Below the pieces are notes generated by a model. The model saw only the letters and a list, made by a program, of their open reading frames with translations, had not been told where the DNA came from and did no database searches. From assembly GCF_009914755.1 (NCBI RefSeq), contig NC_060947.1: a stretch of 64,000 nt of DNA. The stretch is one strand, 5' to 3'. A program made the translations under genes and the position numbers. Origin of the DNA: the human T2T-CHM13v2.0 reference genome, Homo sapiens. Below, piece by piece: positions 60,753-64,000 of the stretch (position 1 is its first letter; each line of letters starts with the position of its first letter).

Positions 60753-60968
60753 ATGGTGGGCGCCCCTCCCCCAGCCTCGCTGCCGCCTTGCAGTTTGATC
60801 TCAGACTGCTGTGCTAGCAATCAGCGAGATTCCGTGGGCGTAGGACCCTCCGAGCCAGGTGTGGGATATAGTCTCGTGATGCGCCGTTTTTTAAGCCGGT
60901 CTGAAAAGCGCAATATTCGGGTGGGAGTGACCCGATTTTCCAGGTGCGTCCGTCACCCCTTTCTTTGA
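60753..60968 (+). CDS. L1 ORF0 (antisense 71-aa ORF), intact
   Basis: gcaATGg start; MVGAPPPASLPPCSLISDCCASNQRDSVGVGPSEPG...RCVRHPFL*. Confidence 0.75.
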   Translation: MVGAPPPASLPPCSLISDCCASNQRDSVGVGPSEPGVGYSLVMRRFLSRSEKRNIRVGVTRFSRCVRHPFL

Positions 60969-61429
60969 CTCGGAAAGGGAACTCCCTGACCCCTTGCGCT
61001 TCCCAGGTGAGGCAATGCCTCGCCCTGCTTCGGCTCGCGCCCGGTGCGCGCACCCACTGGCCTGCGCCCACTGTCTGGCACTCCCTAGTGAGATGAACCC
61101 GGTACCTCAGATGGAAATGCAGAAATCACCCGTCTTCTGCGTCGCTCACGCTGGGAGCTGTAGACCGGGGCTGTTCCCATTCGGCCATCTTGGCTCCTCA
61201 AGAAGTCTTTAAAGGAAAGGCTAGTATGAGGACATGATGGCTAGGGCACAAATACCCATCTTGGATCATGAGACAGATGCTACATACAGAGGATATGGGA
61301 GGAAGAAGATCTAAGCAGCCTGGTTCCCTGATGTGTCCACTCTACCGTGTTGACCCTATCATGTAGATTTCCTACCTCTAATCTTTTTTTTTCACTTGAG
61401 AAGGAAATACTTTTTTTCTCTAGCTCTTA

Positions 61430-62030
61430 CAGTCCACTCTCCACCCAGCAACCACAGTGATCCTTTTAAAATTTAAGTGAGATTATGTCTCTTCTCTGGT
61501 TAGAACCCAAAATGTTTTCTAACTTCATCCAGAATAAAATACAAAGTCTTCACGTCCTTCAGTTCTTCAAAGCCCTTCGTGATTGGCCTCATCTACTCTC
61601 TCCCTTTACCACCCTGTCACAACCCCACTGTCCCCCTTTCTATTCCTTAAACAAAAGCAGGCATGCTGAAGGTCTTTGCTTTTGCTGTTCCCTCTCTTGA
61701 AATACTATCCCCTCAGATAACCCTATGGCTAACACCCTCACTTAATTCACAACCCAGCTACATTTTTTAAAAGTCATAAGTGTACTCCATGATCACCCTA
61801 AATAAAACCATATCACACATGTCACTCTTTGCTATTAAATTTCCTCTTCTGCCTTATTTTCACCTATCACTCCACTGACATGTATTTATTTTCTTTCTTC
61901 TGCTATTAAATTATAAGTAACACGAAGACAAAGGTTTGTATATAGTTTTTCACTATATCCCCAGTCCTTAGAACAGTAACTAGAACAAAGAAATCAATAC
62001 ATAAATATCTGTTGACTATATGAATATATC
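61430..62030 (+). mobile_element. Degenerate L2 3' region
   Basis: ctccacccagcaaccacagtgatcctttt...aaatatctgttgact L2 pattern. Confidence 0.6.
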
Positions 62031-62381
62031 TTTATAAAGTTCACTCTACTTCAGTATAGATTATGACTACTGCAATAGCAAGAACAAAAACTGATGTTTT
62101 CCCGTAACCTGCCCAGCTAAAACGACAGTCTGTCGTTCCAACTCCTTGTTAAAAAATAAAAATAAAAAATAAAAGAAATTCTTGGCAGTTTGATGTCCTC
62201 TTCAAGTCCACTGATACTATTTTTAAGCTACTTTATCAAACACACTCCATACCTCTATAACAAAACAACTCATTTACATTGTAGGAAACTTAGTAACTCC
62301 AGTTAGAAAAGGCAGAAATAGTGTGTCAGGAGAAAACATGGAGACATCAGAGTAAGAAACGGGTAAGAAGTGGAAGTAAAT

Positions 62382-62485
62382 CCAGACCGTCCCCAACTTA
62401 CAATGGTTTAACTTACAGTTTTTTTTTTTTACTTTACAATGGGTTATTGGGATGTTGCCCTATCATAAGTTAAGGAGCACCTGTA
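62382..62485. mobile_element. Short MER47/Tigger-like MITE
   Basis: cagaccgtccccaacttacaatgg ... tcataagttaaggagcacctgta inverted termini. Confidence 0.55.
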
Positions 62486-62949
62486 GAGAACAGATGGGTC
62501 CTAGAGGCTAGACAGAACCCCCAAGTGTTAGGTGTGCTTGTGAAAGATCCTAAGGCATCAGGGAATAGTAACCCAAATCTAAATGTATTACAAGTTAGGT
62601 ATCCTCTGTCTTGTCTACTCCTTTGGGAACTCTTCATTCATTCAACAAATATGAACTGAGCTCAGGGCAGTGGGGATACAACAGTGAGCAAACACAGACA
62701 GAAAGGCTGCATACAACTTTTTGAAGGAAAGCCACACAGGTGAGAAATCACTACATCCTATGACTTATGATTGCATCATGTTTCATTTCTTTCGTATTTC
62801 TGTGGAAACTACCCTGACTTGATTTTAAAAGTTTATATAAAAACATATAATGAGGTCAATTTTTATAAACTGAATTTCTAAGATAAAAGGATAATATATT
62901 TTTCTTATTTAAATAAGGAAACTGAATTAGGATAAAGTGAGAGATTAAT

Positions 62950-63910
<961 letters not shown>

Positions 63911-64000
63911 TTTTTGCAGGATGAATGTTAAGTAATGTCTCATTTTTAAAAACTCCTCATGGCTCCACTATGCCTCACCACCTATCCAATACAAATAAAA

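Overview
Primate (very probably human) genomic DNA that I recognise as Xp22.12; this assignment is from memory, not a database search. Left end: CpG-island promoter and first exon of SH3KBP1/CIN85 on the minus strand. Its coding part is only ATGG before a GTGAGT donor, and the region holds a bare 51-bp poly(dA:dT) tract and a 24-aa uORF. Positions ~3.4-27.7 kb are Alu-dense intergenic DNA with L1/L2/MIR/LTR/DNA-transposon relics and a small snaR-lineage (CAS/ASR-like) retroposed element at ~25.55 kb. Positions ~27.8-64 kb contain the 3' part of BCLAF3/CXorf23 (minus strand): four coding exons that splice in frame to ...[18 protein letters not shown], and a long 3'UTR with two poly(A) signal sites. 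A full-length (~6.04 kb) L1PA2/3-like LINE-1 lies in one of its introns, with TSDs, disabled ORF1/ORF2 and an intact antisense ORF0. Nearly all other ORFs in the track are Alu, L1 or GC-rich artefacts. Repeat subfamily names and repeat boundaries are by-eye and approximate.
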